Source: a virus. From it: DNA of 64,000 nt. Each line of letters starts with the position of its first letter. Within the stretch, counting starts at the first letter, position 1. This document shows, piece after piece, positions 8,790-18,326 of this stretch. Location: UHGV virus genome UHGV-0277313. One strand, 5' to 3'. The translations under genes were made by a program, and so were the position numbers. Under the pieces are notes generated by a model. It had not been told where the DNA came from and did no database searches. It saw nothing but the letters and a program-made list of their open reading frames with translations.

Positions 8790-8817
8790 TTGACAAATTT
8801 CTTGATTGTGTTATAGT
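8790..8817 (+). promoter_or_regulatory. sigma70-type promoter (TTGACA-N16-TATAGT)
   Basis: The sequence reads cctaTTGACAaatttcttgattgtgtTATAGT. Confidence 0.55.
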
Positions 8818-8858
8818 AAAATTATCAAGTGATGAAATTCTAATTGAAAGGAAATGTT

Positions 8859-9446
8859 ATGAATAAAACTATTGCTACTGCCATTATGTGTATGGCGATG
8901 TCTGCTTGTTCAACAATGAGTGATAAAGTCATTCAACGTTCTGATGATTTGTCTTCTCGTCCAGATTGGGCTTCTGAAACAGTTGCTTATTTTGAAGAAG
9001 GCAATAAAACATATTTTGTCGGAAATATGGTTGTTGACGGTGGTGCAAGTCCTGCATGGTTGTGTCTAGCTGCTTCTAATGTAACTAAAAAAGATGTTGC
9101 CGATCAGATTCAGCAGAAACTTGACTATATTATTCAGGCTTCAAATGAAGATATAGAATTTGGTTTGGGTCAGTTGAAATACGTTGGTACTGAAGCTTCG
9201 AACTTGACTGTTTCTAGTTTGAGACGTGAAGGGTGCTATTGGGAAAAAGTATTGACACAAGTTGATGAATCTTCAAAAGGCATTGTCTATCGTGCTTTCG
9301 CAAAAATGTCAATCCCGACAGCTGATTTGAAAAAAGCTATCAAAAATGCAGCTTCTAAAAAGGGATTGAGCAAAGATTTTCAGAAACAAGTTGACGAACG
9401 ATGGAATGTTGTAACAGCTTTCGAACGTGAACCTAATGCTGAATAA
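8859..9446 (+). CDS. lipoprotein (signal peptide with lipobox)
   Basis: The N-terminus is MNKTIATAIMCMAMSAC|STMSD. The ATG follows the SD aaggaa; the track start at 8844 is a TTG. Confidence 0.55.
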   Translation: MNKTIATAIMCMAMSACSTMSDKVIQRSDDLSSRPDWASETVAYFEEGNKTYFVGNMVVDGGASPAWLCLAASNVTKKDVADQIQQKLDYIIQASNEDIEFGLGQLKYVGTEASNLTVSSLRREGCYWEKVLTQVDESSKGIVYRAFAKMSIPTADLKKAIKNAASKKGLSKDFQKQVDERWNVVTAFEREPNAE

Positions 9447-9453
9447 CACAATG

Positions 9454-9486
9454 GAAGGGTGTAATTGTACACCCTTCCAATTTAAC
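9454..9486 (+). terminator. hairpin terminator (weak U-tract)
   Basis: The stem ggaagggtgta/tacacccttcc has the loop attg. Confidence 0.45.
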
Positions 9487-9505
9487 TAAAAACATGGAGA
9501 ATTAA

Positions 9506-9736
9506 ATGTTTAAATTAATTGGTATGCCTAACTGTCCTAAATGTAAACAGGTTAAAAAACTTCTTGACGGAATTGGTTATCAGATTGAAGAAATTAATGG
9601 TATCGAACATGCTGATATCCTTGACAAATATAAAATTCAAGCAGCACCTGTCATTATTAACACAGATACCGAAACAGCAACATATGTTGGTGATTGGGGA
9701 TCGAAAAAACTAAAAGAATTACTCGGAATTCAATAA
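9506..9736 (+). CDS. glutaredoxin/NrdH-like redoxin
   Basis: The 76-aa product has a CPKC active-site motif close to its N-terminus, after a beta strand (MFKLIGMPNCPKCKQVKKLL). Confidence 0.65.
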   Translation: MFKLIGMPNCPKCKQVKKLLDGIGYQIEEINGIEHADILDKYKIQAAPVIINTDTETATYVGDWGSKKLKELLGIQ

Positions 9737-10077
9737 TGGCATTATACACTTTTCGCTATCAAGGAATTGATATTTCGACAGATAAATTAATTGAATTTCC
9801 TGAAACATCTTCATTTGCTTTCTCTTTACCAAAAGAATCTAATGAAGCTAAACAATTGATCGAATTGCAAGATAAAATCTTTAATTCTTTTGTTTCACAC
9901 AACTGTCCAAATGAATTTCAAGAATTCTGTCAGAGTATCTTAATTTCTAAAGATTCGGAACAATATGCATGGTGTACTAATAGCTATATTTGCAAACGTG
10001 TTTATGATGCAGATAATTGGTTATTTTATTTTAATTACCAATATTACTTTTCTAAAACATGTTGTAAGTTTAGATGA
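9737..10077 (+). CDS. hypothetical Cys-rich protein
   Basis: An ATG overlaps the redoxin stop. The product MALYTFRYQG... is about 113 aa. Confidence 0.4.
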
Positions 10078-10081
10078 TAAT

Positions 10082-10114
10082 AAAGGCCGGTATTTGAACC
10101 GGCCTTTATTTTAT
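10082..10114. terminator. bidirectional rho-independent terminator
   Basis: The stem aaaggccgg/ccggccttt is flanked by A/T runs. It lies between convergent genes. Confidence 0.7.
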
Positions 10115-10632
10115 CACACTCTTGATTTCCAATCTTTTAATTCATAATGAGGTTTATCTACAATTGATTTCCAATCACCACCCCATGTTAATTCAATATT
10201 ATTTTCGTTTGCAATATCAAAAATTAAATCATGAAGTTTGTCCCACTCTTCTGAATTACTATCCCATTCACCATTTTTCATAGGAATAGGATATGGAATC
10301 ACATCAATAGCAAAGCTAGGTTTATAGTTATGTGCTGATTGACCACCGTGAGCTTTCGAAACTTTCTTTTGATACATTTCTTCTTGTTCTGCATTTGATC
10401 TATAACCACATAATATAGTTATATCACGATACTGCAAAACCTCTTTGATAATTGTTTGCAATTCACTACAACATTGTTTCAAACGTTCTTCACCGGAAGG
10501 TGCAAGTCTGCAAGGTTCAGAAAGCTTTTCGTAACAACCCATCTTTTTCATTTCAACATCACTTTCACTACAATTGAACATATCTAAATATTGATCCAAA
10601 AATTTAAAAAACCAATCAAAAAGAAATTTCAT
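10114..10632 (-). CDS. endolysin, peptidase M15 (L-Ala-D-Glu / D-Ala-D-Ala peptidase fold, VanY-like)
   Basis: The segment SAHNYKPSFAIDVIPYP matches the H..G.A.D pattern. The segment WGGDWKSIVDKPHYEL matches the WGG.W...D.pHfE pattern. There is no cell-wall-binding domain. Confidence 0.7.
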   Translation of the reverse strand: MKFLFDWFFKFLDQYLDMFNCSESDVEMKKMGCYEKLSEPCRLAPSGEERLKQCCSELQTIIKEVLQYRDITILCGYRSNAEQEEMYQKKVSKAHGGQSAHNYKPSFAIDVIPYPIPMKNGEWDSNSEEWDKLHDLIFDIANENNIELTWGGDWKSIVDKPHYELKDWKSRV

Positions 10633-10746
10633 GATAGCACCAAAAAAATAATTACTTTAAAATAAAGAACAGTCACTTCAGAAAGATCTTTAAGAATAAA
10701 CGTTCTTTTAAATAAAATGTACTAAACAAACGTTAAGAGAATCTCA

Positions 10747-13248
10747 ATGGCTGAAAACGATTTGACTAAAAATTTTACAATTAACGTACGGAACGTTCCA
10801 AATGCCAAAATTTTCATTGAATGCAAAGAACGGTCTTTTATCGAGGTCGAACAAGGTACTGTTTGCCATTGGAAAGTTTCCGCACCAGGTTATAAAGATC
10901 AAATCGGTGAAATTAAAATTGTTTCAGATATTAACTTAACGTTAACTCTACAAAAAGTTCCACCAAAACCAACACCTAGCAACTCATACATGAAAGTTCG
11001 TCCTAAAAAGGGTGCATATGTTGTTGATTATAAAGAACTTTTTAAAGACACTATACCACCTACTGAAGAACATGATGATGAATATTTGTGGTGCTCACAT
11101 GGGTATTTATGGTGGAAAAAACTTACAATTCCAACACCTGAAACATTGTTTGTTAATGAATTAGGTACTTCAGTTACTACAACATTAACGCAAGATGCGA
11201 TTACTAAATACTTAAATGAAAAAGCAAATGTTGTTGACGTATATAATAAAGCATTTATTGATGAAGCTTTATCTAAAAAATTAGATATTGCTGATTCGTT
11301 AAAAGGTGCTGTTCTCGACAAAACAATTTGTGTATTTAAAGATAATGGAAGTTTTTCAGCTGGTGAAAAATTCTTATTCAATGGTTATATGTTTGAATAT
11401 GGTGTTACAGCTTTTGGTACTATTTCAGAAGCTTTAAAAATTGATACAGCTGAAACCATTTATATTGGAACAGGGACATTCGAAGAAGACTTACTTATTA
11501 ACAACAATAATCTTAACATCATTGGTACTGGTGACGTTGTAATTCGTGGTAAAATTACACTCAATGCAACGAACGGTTTCTCAATGAAAGGTGTTAATGT
11601 TGTCTATAATGCAACAGAAGAAAATACTGCAGCAATTGAAATAACAAAGTCTTTAAATAACTTCTCATTGAAAAATGTTGATGTTATCGTTCACGGACCT
11701 GCACATGCTATTAATTCACGTAAAAATTTAATTGATTCAAGTATTGTTGATTGTCATTTTATTTCTGGACTTGATGAATCAAATAATTTGATTGATGGCA
11801 TTATTATTAACAATGCTAAAAAGTTCCGTTTCTCAAGAAACTGTATCTTCGGTAACATTAAATTGAAGACAGCAATCAATGATGTCGAAATTTCTACAAA
11901 CAATTTCACTTCATCTGAAGGGACTTTAATTTCATTTGAAGACGGAATGTTATCAAATAAAATTAACATCTTCGGAAACCTTGCCTTTGGTGATTCAATC
12001 GACAATATTGTCACAACAAAAAATATAGATTTCTCAAACATTGAACAATTTAATATTGTTGGAAACCATGTCTGTTACAATCATGCATTCTTATGGTTGC
12101 AAGAAGGTTGTGTTGGAATAAATAATGATAAAATTCAACTATCATTTAATACAGCTAATAATGCTAAAGATTCAAAATTTATTCTCGACGATGAACCTGT
12201 TGATGGTGAAGCACGGGTATTGATTGATGACGGAAACATAATTACAGACGATCAAGCAATAACAGTTGAACAATTAAACAGTGCTGTTAAGACTGAACGT
12301 GAACGTGCAATTGCAGCAGAAAACGTCATTAACGATCTAATTAAAGATCATATAGAAAATAAAAACAACCCTCATAATGTAACAAAAGAACAAATTGGTT
12401 TAGGAAATGTTGATAATACTTCCGACTTGATGAAACCAATTTCTAATGCAACTCAAGAAGCTTTAGATAAAAAATTAGATTCTGCGAATCTTCCTACAAG
12501 ACTACCAAACCCTACAAAATTAGAAATTTTAATGAATGGAATGTTTGTTGCAGAATATTATGGTGGCGAAGATGCTGAACAAGTAACAGCAGATTTACAT
12601 TTTGATCGAACGACATCTGCGCAATTATCATGGGTTGATGTTCGTGGAATTATGTCAGCAGATCAGATGGTTAACATCACTTCAGAAAATTTATTCGAAA
12701 AAGGTGAAGTCGTTAATTACAATTTAACATGGAATCCTGTTGATGTAAATTTAATGGAAATTAAAAGACAATGGATCAATGATACAGAAGTTTCTGATTC
12801 AGCACGCTCATATATTTTTGATAATGTGCAAGATAATATAAACGCAACGGTTTTAATTTTGTACGGGAACAAAGAAGGTTCAACCGAAAACTATACAGCT
12901 AAAGTAAGCTCTACTATCTCAATTGAATTTTTAAATAAAATCTATTGGGGCACTAGTGAAGCTGAAGAACTTGACAATGACGCTATTCTTCAATTGAATA
13001 GCAAATTATCTGATAAATTAGAAAACACATTGTCATTTAATTGTGAAGGTGGTAAATATATGTTTTTTGCCGTACCTAAAGAATTAATCAATAATGACGT
13101 TCTAATAACATGCGGTGGTTTGATTTATTCAGACTGGACTCAATCTGTAATCAGTCTAAAAAATGAACATAACTATACAACTGATTACGTTGTCTTTCGG
13201 TCTAATAATATACAATCAGCTAAACATATTGAGATCAGCTTGAAGTGA
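10747..13248 (+). CDS. tail fibre/tailspike with right-handed beta-helix (pectate-lyase-like) domain and T4-type fibre repeat
   Basis: Periodic N/I/V-rich repeats (NIIGTGDVVIRGKITLNATNGFSMKGVNVVYN...) suggest a beta-helix. The motif NPHNVTKEQIGLGNVDNTSDLMKPIS is the classic phage tail-fibre repeat. Confidence 0.7.
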   Translation: MAENDLTKNFTINVRNVPNAKIFIECKERSFIEVEQGTVCHWKVSAPGYKDQIGEIKIVSDINLTLTLQKVPPKPTPSNSYMKVRPKKGAYVVDYKELFKDTIPPTEEHDDEYLWCSHGYLWWKKLTIPTPETLFVNELGTSVTTTLTQDAITKYLNEKANVVDVYNKAFIDEALSKKLDIADSLKGAVLDKTICVFKDNGSFSAGEKFLFNGYMFEYGVTAFGTISEALKIDTAETIYIGTGTFEEDLLINNNNLNIIGTGDVVIRGKITLNATNGFSMKGVNVVYNATEENTAAIEITKSLNNFSLKNVDVIVHGPAHAINSRKNLIDSSIVDCHFISGLDESNNLIDGIIINNAKKFRFSRNCIFGNIKLKTAINDVEISTNNFTSSEGTLISFEDGMLSNKINIFGNLAFGDSIDNIVTTKNIDFSNIEQFNIVGNHVCYNHAFLWLQEGCVGINNDKIQLSFNTANNAKDSKFILDDEPVDGEARVLIDDGNIITDDQAITVEQLNSAVKTERERAIAAENVINDLIKDHIENKNNPHNVTKEQIGLGNVDNTSDLMKPISNATQEALDKKLDSANLPTRLPNPTKLEILMNGMFVAEYYGGEDAEQVTADLHFDRTTSAQLSWVDVRGIMSADQMVNITSENLFEKGEVVNYNLTWNPVDVNLMEIKRQWINDTEVSDSARSYIFDNVQDNINATVLILYGNKEGSTENYTAKVSSTISIEFLNKIYWGTSEAEELDNDAILQLNSKLSDKLENTLSFNCEGGKYMFFAVPKELINNDVLITCGGLIYSDWTQSVISLKNEHNYTTDYVVFRSNNIQSAKHIEISLK

Positions 13249-13258
13249 AGGAAAAATT

Positions 13259-13714
13259 ATGACAGAAAATTTAAAAGGTCTTAATATTCCGTCTTCAATA
13301 GTTCCATTTACTGATCAAGACGTTTATGCTACTCATGATAGCAAATTTGGTAAAGGTGGGTGGCAAAGCGTTGAAACAGTAACTGAAATGAATGCTATTT
13401 CAATGCAACGCAGATCAATAGGTATGGCTGTATATGTTGCATCAGAAAAACAAACGTACATCTTAAACGGTCGTTTAGATAATTTAGGGTGGGTGACATA
13501 TTCAGACCAAATTGATAAACATTTTACTTATAGTGATCATAGGTACACACCTTCAGATCATTGGGTAATTCACCATGGTTTGAATAAAAAACCTTCTGTT
13601 CAAATTTTTGATGCAGACGGCGTTGAAACAGAGGGAGGTATTACAATCGTTGATGATAACAATATCACAATCGATTTTAACATACCTTTCTGTGGTACTG
13701 CTGAATTAAACTAA
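13259..13714 (+). CDS. hypothetical tail-fibre-associated protein
   Basis: The 151-aa ORF lies between two fibre genes. Confidence 0.4.
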   Translation: MTENLKGLNIPSSIVPFTDQDVYATHDSKFGKGGWQSVETVTEMNAISMQRRSIGMAVYVASEKQTYILNGRLDNLGWVTYSDQIDKHFTYSDHRYTPSDHWVIHHGLNKKPSVQIFDADGVETEGGITIVDDNNITIDFNIPFCGTAELN

Positions 13715-13746
13715 TTGTTACTGATTTACTTTAAAGGAAATTGAAC

Positions 13747-15750
13747 ATGGTTGATTTTACAAAGTCAATTAGAATTAATCTTAATTTGAATCAAAACGAA
13801 CTTCAAGACGTTGTGATTCAAAGTCTTGCTACAGCGCCTGCAGCCAAAAAAGTTGGTTATATTTACTTTGATTCTGGTCTAAAGAAATTCGGTGTCTGCG
13901 TTGATGCTACTACTGGTGCCCAAAAATGGGAATATATGGCTTCAACAGAAGCTCTTGAAACAAAGCTTGCTGAAATTAATAAAGCGTTAGATACCATTAA
14001 AACAGATTTGACTGTTTCTAAAGTTGAAAATGCTACTGGCATTAAACAAGGTGCTACAACCATCTTTTTTGATGGTCTTGTCACATCTATTGAACCTGCT
14101 GAAGTAAATGCTGAAGGTACAAAAGGTCACTTCTTAAAGTTGACAAAAACAGGGACTGCTGAAACACCTTCTGAAGTTTCATACGTTGCTATGCCTGAAA
14201 CTGTTACAGGAGGCTCTTTAGACAATGATAATAAAAAGATTGTCTTAACTTATTCAGATGACAGCACAAAAGATATTGATTTAGCTGATATTTACAAAGC
14301 TATTGCTTCTAAAGCGGTTGATATTAAAGACACCCAAACTGTCGATCTTGTCTCCGACACAGATCCTAATACACAAGCTCAAACACTATCTGCCAATGTT
14401 AAACTGTCAGCTAATGAAAACAATGCTATTAAAACTGTTGAAGGTGAAGACGGCCTATTAGTTGAAAAGGTTGCAGACCTTGCTGCTGAAGGTGCTGCGC
14501 TTAACAATTTAGCTACAGGTACCGCTGTTGTCAACGCCTTAAGTAATGGTAAATTCGCTGCAACATCTGAACAATTTGGTGTTATCAAATTAGCTACATC
14601 AGATCAAGCCGTTGCAGGAGAGGACTCAACTTGTGCTGTCACACCACAAGCGTTGCATTATGCCATTAAGAAAAATATTCAAGGTGGTGTAACATACGTT
14701 GGTGTTCTGCCAGCCGAAAGTGCTTTTACAGGCGCTGAAAAAGGCGACTTATTCCTTGTTAATAGCTCTGTTACTTTTGCTGAAACAGCATTACAGAATG
14801 GCGATTATGTTTTATTCCATACTGATGCAGCTGATGTTGCAAGTGCAAAAGGTGCCTTTGATGTCATCAATTCAGAATTATCTGAAGATGTCGTCCGTTT
14901 AGGTGCAACACAGACTTTAACAAACAAAACGATTGACGCTGCTTCTAATACAATCAGCAGCTTAAAGATGACGAATCTAGATACTAATAACGCGTCATTT
15001 GCTGAAAATGAAGTCAAAGATAATGCTAAAATCGCTTCCGAAGCTAGAGTTCAGGAATTGGTTGATAAAGGTGTTGCTAGTGTTGTTGCCGATGATGTGA
15101 CAATCGGGAAAAATGCTGAAGGCAAATTTGCTGTAAAAGAAGGCGGTCTTGAAGTCAAACATATGAAAGAAGGCGCTGTTGCTGGTACAATTGCTGCTGC
15201 AGACACTGCTGTTGATACCAAACTAGCAACAGAAAAAGCTGTTCGTGATTTACATGATGACATTCCTGCTGAAACAATGACATTGACAAACAAAACGTTT
15301 GATGCCAATGGCACTGGAAACGCTTTGTCAAATATTGAAGTTGAAGATTTTGCTTCTGGTGTTATCGTTAAAGCTAAAGGCGAAGGTACAACAGGCGGTA
15401 TTGCTGCTGATGTCACTGCTGCTGATGACGCGAAACTAGCTACTGAAAAGGCGATTGCAGAAGCTCTAGCCGCTATCAAAGCTTCCGCTACCGTTGTCAA
15501 ATCTGCGTCATTAACCTTTACAATGGAATCAGTTGAGGCTCCTGCTGTTGCTGAATCCGCCACTGCAACCGTCTCATTGGATTCTTTAGGGGTTGATGCT
15601 TCACACAAAGTCAGCATGGCAAAAATGCTTGATGACAAAAAGAATGAAGTTGAAGGCCTGATTACTTATAATCAAGAAAATGGAAGTATTGTCTTCCAAA
15701 TCAACTGTGATTCAGCTCCTACTGGTTGGACAGCATTAATCGTTTGTTAA
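13747..15750 (+). CDS. tail fibre protein with internal repeats
   Basis: The product is rich in A/T/G/V. It has repeated TLTNKT(I/F)DA and KLATEKA(V/I) units. The track start at 13741 is a TTG; the ATG is at 13747. Confidence 0.6.
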   Translation: MVDFTKSIRINLNLNQNELQDVVIQSLATAPAAKKVGYIYFDSGLKKFGVCVDATTGAQKWEYMASTEALETKLAEINKALDTIKTDLTVSKVENATGIKQGATTIFFDGLVTSIEPAEVNAEGTKGHFLKLTKTGTAETPSEVSYVAMPETVTGGSLDNDNKKIVLTYSDDSTKDIDLADIYKAIASKAVDIKDTQTVDLVSDTDPNTQAQTLSANVKLSANENNAIKTVEGEDGLLVEKVADLAAEGAALNNLATGTAVVNALSNGKFAATSEQFGVIKLATSDQAVAGEDSTCAVTPQALHYAIKKNIQGGVTYVGVLPAESAFTGAEKGDLFLVNSSVTFAETALQNGDYVLFHTDAADVASAKGAFDVINSELSEDVVRLGATQTLTNKTIDAASNTISSLKMTNLDTNNASFAENEVKDNAKIASEARVQELVDKGVASVVADDVTIGKNAEGKFAVKEGGLEVKHMKEGAVAGTIAAADTAVDTKLATEKAVRDLHDDIPAETMTLTNKTFDANGTGNALSNIEVEDFASGVIVKAKGEGTTGGIAADVTAADDAKLATEKAIAEALAAIKASATVVKSASLTFTMESVEAPAVAESATATVSLDSLGVDASHKVSMAKMLDDKKNEVEGLITYNQENGSIVFQINCDSAPTGWTALIVC

Positions 15751-15761
15751 TGCAACTCATC

Positions 15762-15804
15762 GAACTGATCGGGCGTTTACTATACACCCGATCAGTTCTT
15801 ATTC
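15762..15804 (+). terminator. rho-independent terminator
   Basis: The stem gaactgatcggg/cccgatcagttc is followed by ttattc. Confidence 0.6.
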
Positions 15805-15833
15805 AAGATAATAGTTTTTATTAGGTAATCACA

Positions 15834-16598
15834 ATGTCAACATTCGTTAAAGAATACCGAGCACTTGACCAAGACATTGAGCTGTCAGCAAACAGTGATT
15901 ATCGTGTAGCATCACAGAAAGCTATTAAGACATATGTTGATAAAGAAGTTGATCATGTAAAGGGTGCTATAGATTGGCGGCTTCAAAATTTTACAGTTAC
16001 AGAAGAATCTAATACATTAACAATACCTCTCGAAAAACCATGTTACTTTAAAGAAGGTATGTTCGCCCTGTATCAAGGGAAAACAGTAATCCCTACTGAA
16101 CTATTAACAGTTTCTTCAGATAAGAAAACGTTAACAATTACAAGTAGCAGTAATTTCGAAATAGGTGATATCATTCAATTACGTTGGGCATATCTCAACA
16201 CACAAATTACTGTTGATGGTTATGTTCAATTACCGCAAGGTGTTACAAACGACTCTGCAGATATTGTTGTAGAGCACGGTACATTAAACGGCGTATGGTA
16301 TCGATTGTATAAATCTGGTTGGCTAGAACAAGGAGGTACTCAAACAGGTACTGGTGCATACGGCCTTTCTGAAATCACTTTAGCAAAAGAATATTTAAAC
16401 GCTGAATATTCTGTAAATGCTCAAATACAATGGAATTCAGAAAACAACATGGATTGGTATACAAATGATTCTTCTATCACTTCAGGCGCTGGCGTTTCAG
16501 ATGTAACTGGAATACCTTGTGATAAGACAACAACTGGATTTAAACTGCAAAGTTTTAGCACACATGTATGGACTACAAAAGGTCAAGTAAAAGTGTAA
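15834..16598 (+). CDS. putative distal tail-fibre/receptor-binding protein
   Basis: The 254-aa product has a fibre-like N-terminus (YRVASQKAIKTYVDKEV) and a Gly/Trp-rich C-terminus. Confidence 0.4.
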   Translation: MSTFVKEYRALDQDIELSANSDYRVASQKAIKTYVDKEVDHVKGAIDWRLQNFTVTEESNTLTIPLEKPCYFKEGMFALYQGKTVIPTELLTVSSDKKTLTITSSSNFEIGDIIQLRWAYLNTQITVDGYVQLPQGVTNDSADIVVEHGTLNGVWYRLYKSGWLEQGGTQTGTGAYGLSEITLAKEYLNAEYSVNAQIQWNSENNMDWYTNDSSITSGAGVSDVTGIPCDKTTTGFKLQSFSTHVWTTKGQVKV

Positions 16599-16604
16599 AA
16601 CATG

Positions 16605-16636
16605 AAAGGTCTGGTAAAACAGACCTTTCTTTTTGT
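16605..16636 (+). terminator. rho-independent terminator
   Basis: The stem aaaggtctg/cagaccttt is followed by ctttttgt. Confidence 0.7.
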
Positions 16637-16697
16637 CTACTTTTCTGTCGAACTGTTCTATATTCTAGAATAGAAAAAGTCAAAAAGTAGGTATGTC

Positions 16698-16967
16698 ATG
16701 TTAAAAGAAGAAGAAATTTTTGAGCGAAAAGTTGCTATTGTCGAACATTCTTTAGAAGTTCTAAAACAATTTAACTATGACACATCTCTAATTAAAATAT
16801 CTGATATTGATAATACTGAAAAAATACATATTGATTGTGATGATTATAGATTAGGTTCCTTATTTAAAAATATCATTACAACAACCAATAAACGTATAAT
16901 TAATTTAACTGATGAAGACCTTGATTTCGAAGTAGTTAGTGGTTGTCAATCTTTTATGACACATTAA
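16698..16967 (+). CDS. hypothetical protein
   Basis: The ORF encodes 89 aa. It is preceded by the 12-bp palindrome tattctagaata. Confidence 0.4.
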   Translation: MLKEEEIFERKVAIVEHSLEVLKQFNYDTSLIKISDIDNTEKIHIDCDDYRLGSLFKNIITTTNKRIINLTDEDLDFEVVSGCQSFMTH

Positions 16968-16974
16968 AAACTTA

Positions 16975-17003
16975 TTGACATAGTTTTCCTTTTATTATAA
17001 TAT
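16975..17003 (+). promoter_or_regulatory. sigma70-type promoter (TTGACA-N17-TAATAT)
   Basis: The sequence reads cttaTTGACAtagttttccttttattaTAATAT. Confidence 0.6.
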
Positions 17004-17031
17004 AAAAATATACAGTGAAAGGAAAACGATC

Positions 17032-18324
17032 ATGAATACTCGTCTTATTGCTTTGATTTCTTGTTTGAGTCTTGTTGGTTGCAGAACATACATTCCGACT
17101 GACGAATACGGTTATAGCGTTGCGACAGACAAGTTTGCTTCTGAATATTCGGATCCAATTAATGTCGAAGAATCAGGTAATTTGAAAACAATTAATAGCA
17201 ATACAGTTTTGGCTTGTAATTATTCTTCAATCGAAGCTGCAAGACAAGATGCATATGCATACGCTTTGGATTCTAATTCCGTCCAAAATATTAAAGGAAC
17301 TACAAAAACATATTGTCAAAACAATATGTCAAATAAAGGCTGCTTGCATGAATTTAACATTAACAGCACTATGAAAGATAAAAAACTTGTAAATACTGTT
17401 AAAACAGGTGATTGCTACAAATTCACTTTTAAGAAATTAAAAGGATTTAAGAATATTGACTCTTCAGAAAGTTATTCGTCTTTTGACAGACCTGCTGTTA
17501 ACATGTCTCTTGTTCGTATTAATTTTGTTAATGTTGACACTGAAGTCCGTGCAAAAATGAACGGCAAGCCTATTATTTTGAGTCAGGATAAACCTTTTAG
17601 TATCAAAGGAAAGAAACTGCTGACATTCGAAATTATCGACTCCAGATTCAAATATAAAAAATTTACAATTAATGTACCTAAAGAAAGCAAATACATTACA
17701 AAAAATGTTGCACTTGTTCAGGTTTACAAAAAACGTAAAAAGAATAAAGAAGTTGGAGCTGGTTTCGAACGTCAAGACTATAAAATTAAAGATTCCAAAA
17801 TAAACGAACGTGTTATTGTCTTGAAAAATCGACATGATGTTGATCCGTCAAACAATCACTTGACGAATCTTCATTCTGAAGTTGAATTCAGAATTACAAC
17901 TGAATATCGCAGTAATATTGTTGACGGTATAGAAATGGGTGGTTCAGATATCAATGTCTTTACAAATCTCCACAATAGTCATTATAGTTATTATGGATTT
18001 AAACCTAAAGAACAAAATGCTGGGCGTGATTATGGTCGTGTTACTTTGCAAATCACAGTTTATCTGGAAAACATGTTTAAATATGCAAAATATAACCTGT
18101 ACTATGAAGTAATTAAAGAAAAAGGAATTGCATACATTAAGCCTGCATACCCTGGTCCTAGGTCAAGTTGGTTTTTTGATGGCGGCTATAATACTGGTTT
18201 TTCAGGTTTTCATACATCTTATAGTCAAACATACGATGGAAAACTTATTAGACTTAGTGGCAGCACGAAACCTATTGCAAAACTTGATGTTAAATTCTAT
18301 AAAGGATGGATTGGTTGGTACTAA
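17032..18324 (+). CDS. large lipoprotein (430 aa) encoded directly after the fibre genes
   Basis: The N-terminus is MNTRLIALISCLSLVGC|RTY (lipobox LVGC). It has its own promoter. Confidence 0.6.
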   Translation: MNTRLIALISCLSLVGCRTYIPTDEYGYSVATDKFASEYSDPINVEESGNLKTINSNTVLACNYSSIEAARQDAYAYALDSNSVQNIKGTTKTYCQNNMSNKGCLHEFNINSTMKDKKLVNTVKTGDCYKFTFKKLKGFKNIDSSESYSSFDRPAVNMSLVRINFVNVDTEVRAKMNGKPIILSQDKPFSIKGKKLLTFEIIDSRFKYKKFTINVPKESKYITKNVALVQVYKKRKKNKEVGAGFERQDYKIKDSKINERVIVLKNRHDVDPSNNHLTNLHSEVEFRITTEYRSNIVDGIEMGGSDINVFTNLHNSHYSYYGFKPKEQNAGRDYGRVTLQITVYLENMFKYAKYNLYYEVIKEKGIAYIKPAYPGPRSSWFFDGGYNTGFSGFHTSYSQTYDGKLIRLSGSTKPIAKLDVKFYKGWIGWY

Positions 18325-18326
18325 AT

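Noticed and set aside
9519-9713. 64-aa ORF in an alternative frame of the glutaredoxin gene
   Set aside because: It is completely embedded in the CPKC redoxin ORF, which has a clear SD/ATG and a conserved motif.
15051-15638. 195-aa minus-strand ORF (and several 60-80-aa ORFs) antisense inside the 669-aa tail-fibre gene
   Set aside because: They are products of the Ala/Thr/Gly-rich repetitive coding sequence read on the opposite strand. They have no start context or independent signals and are nested wholly in a well-supported gene.
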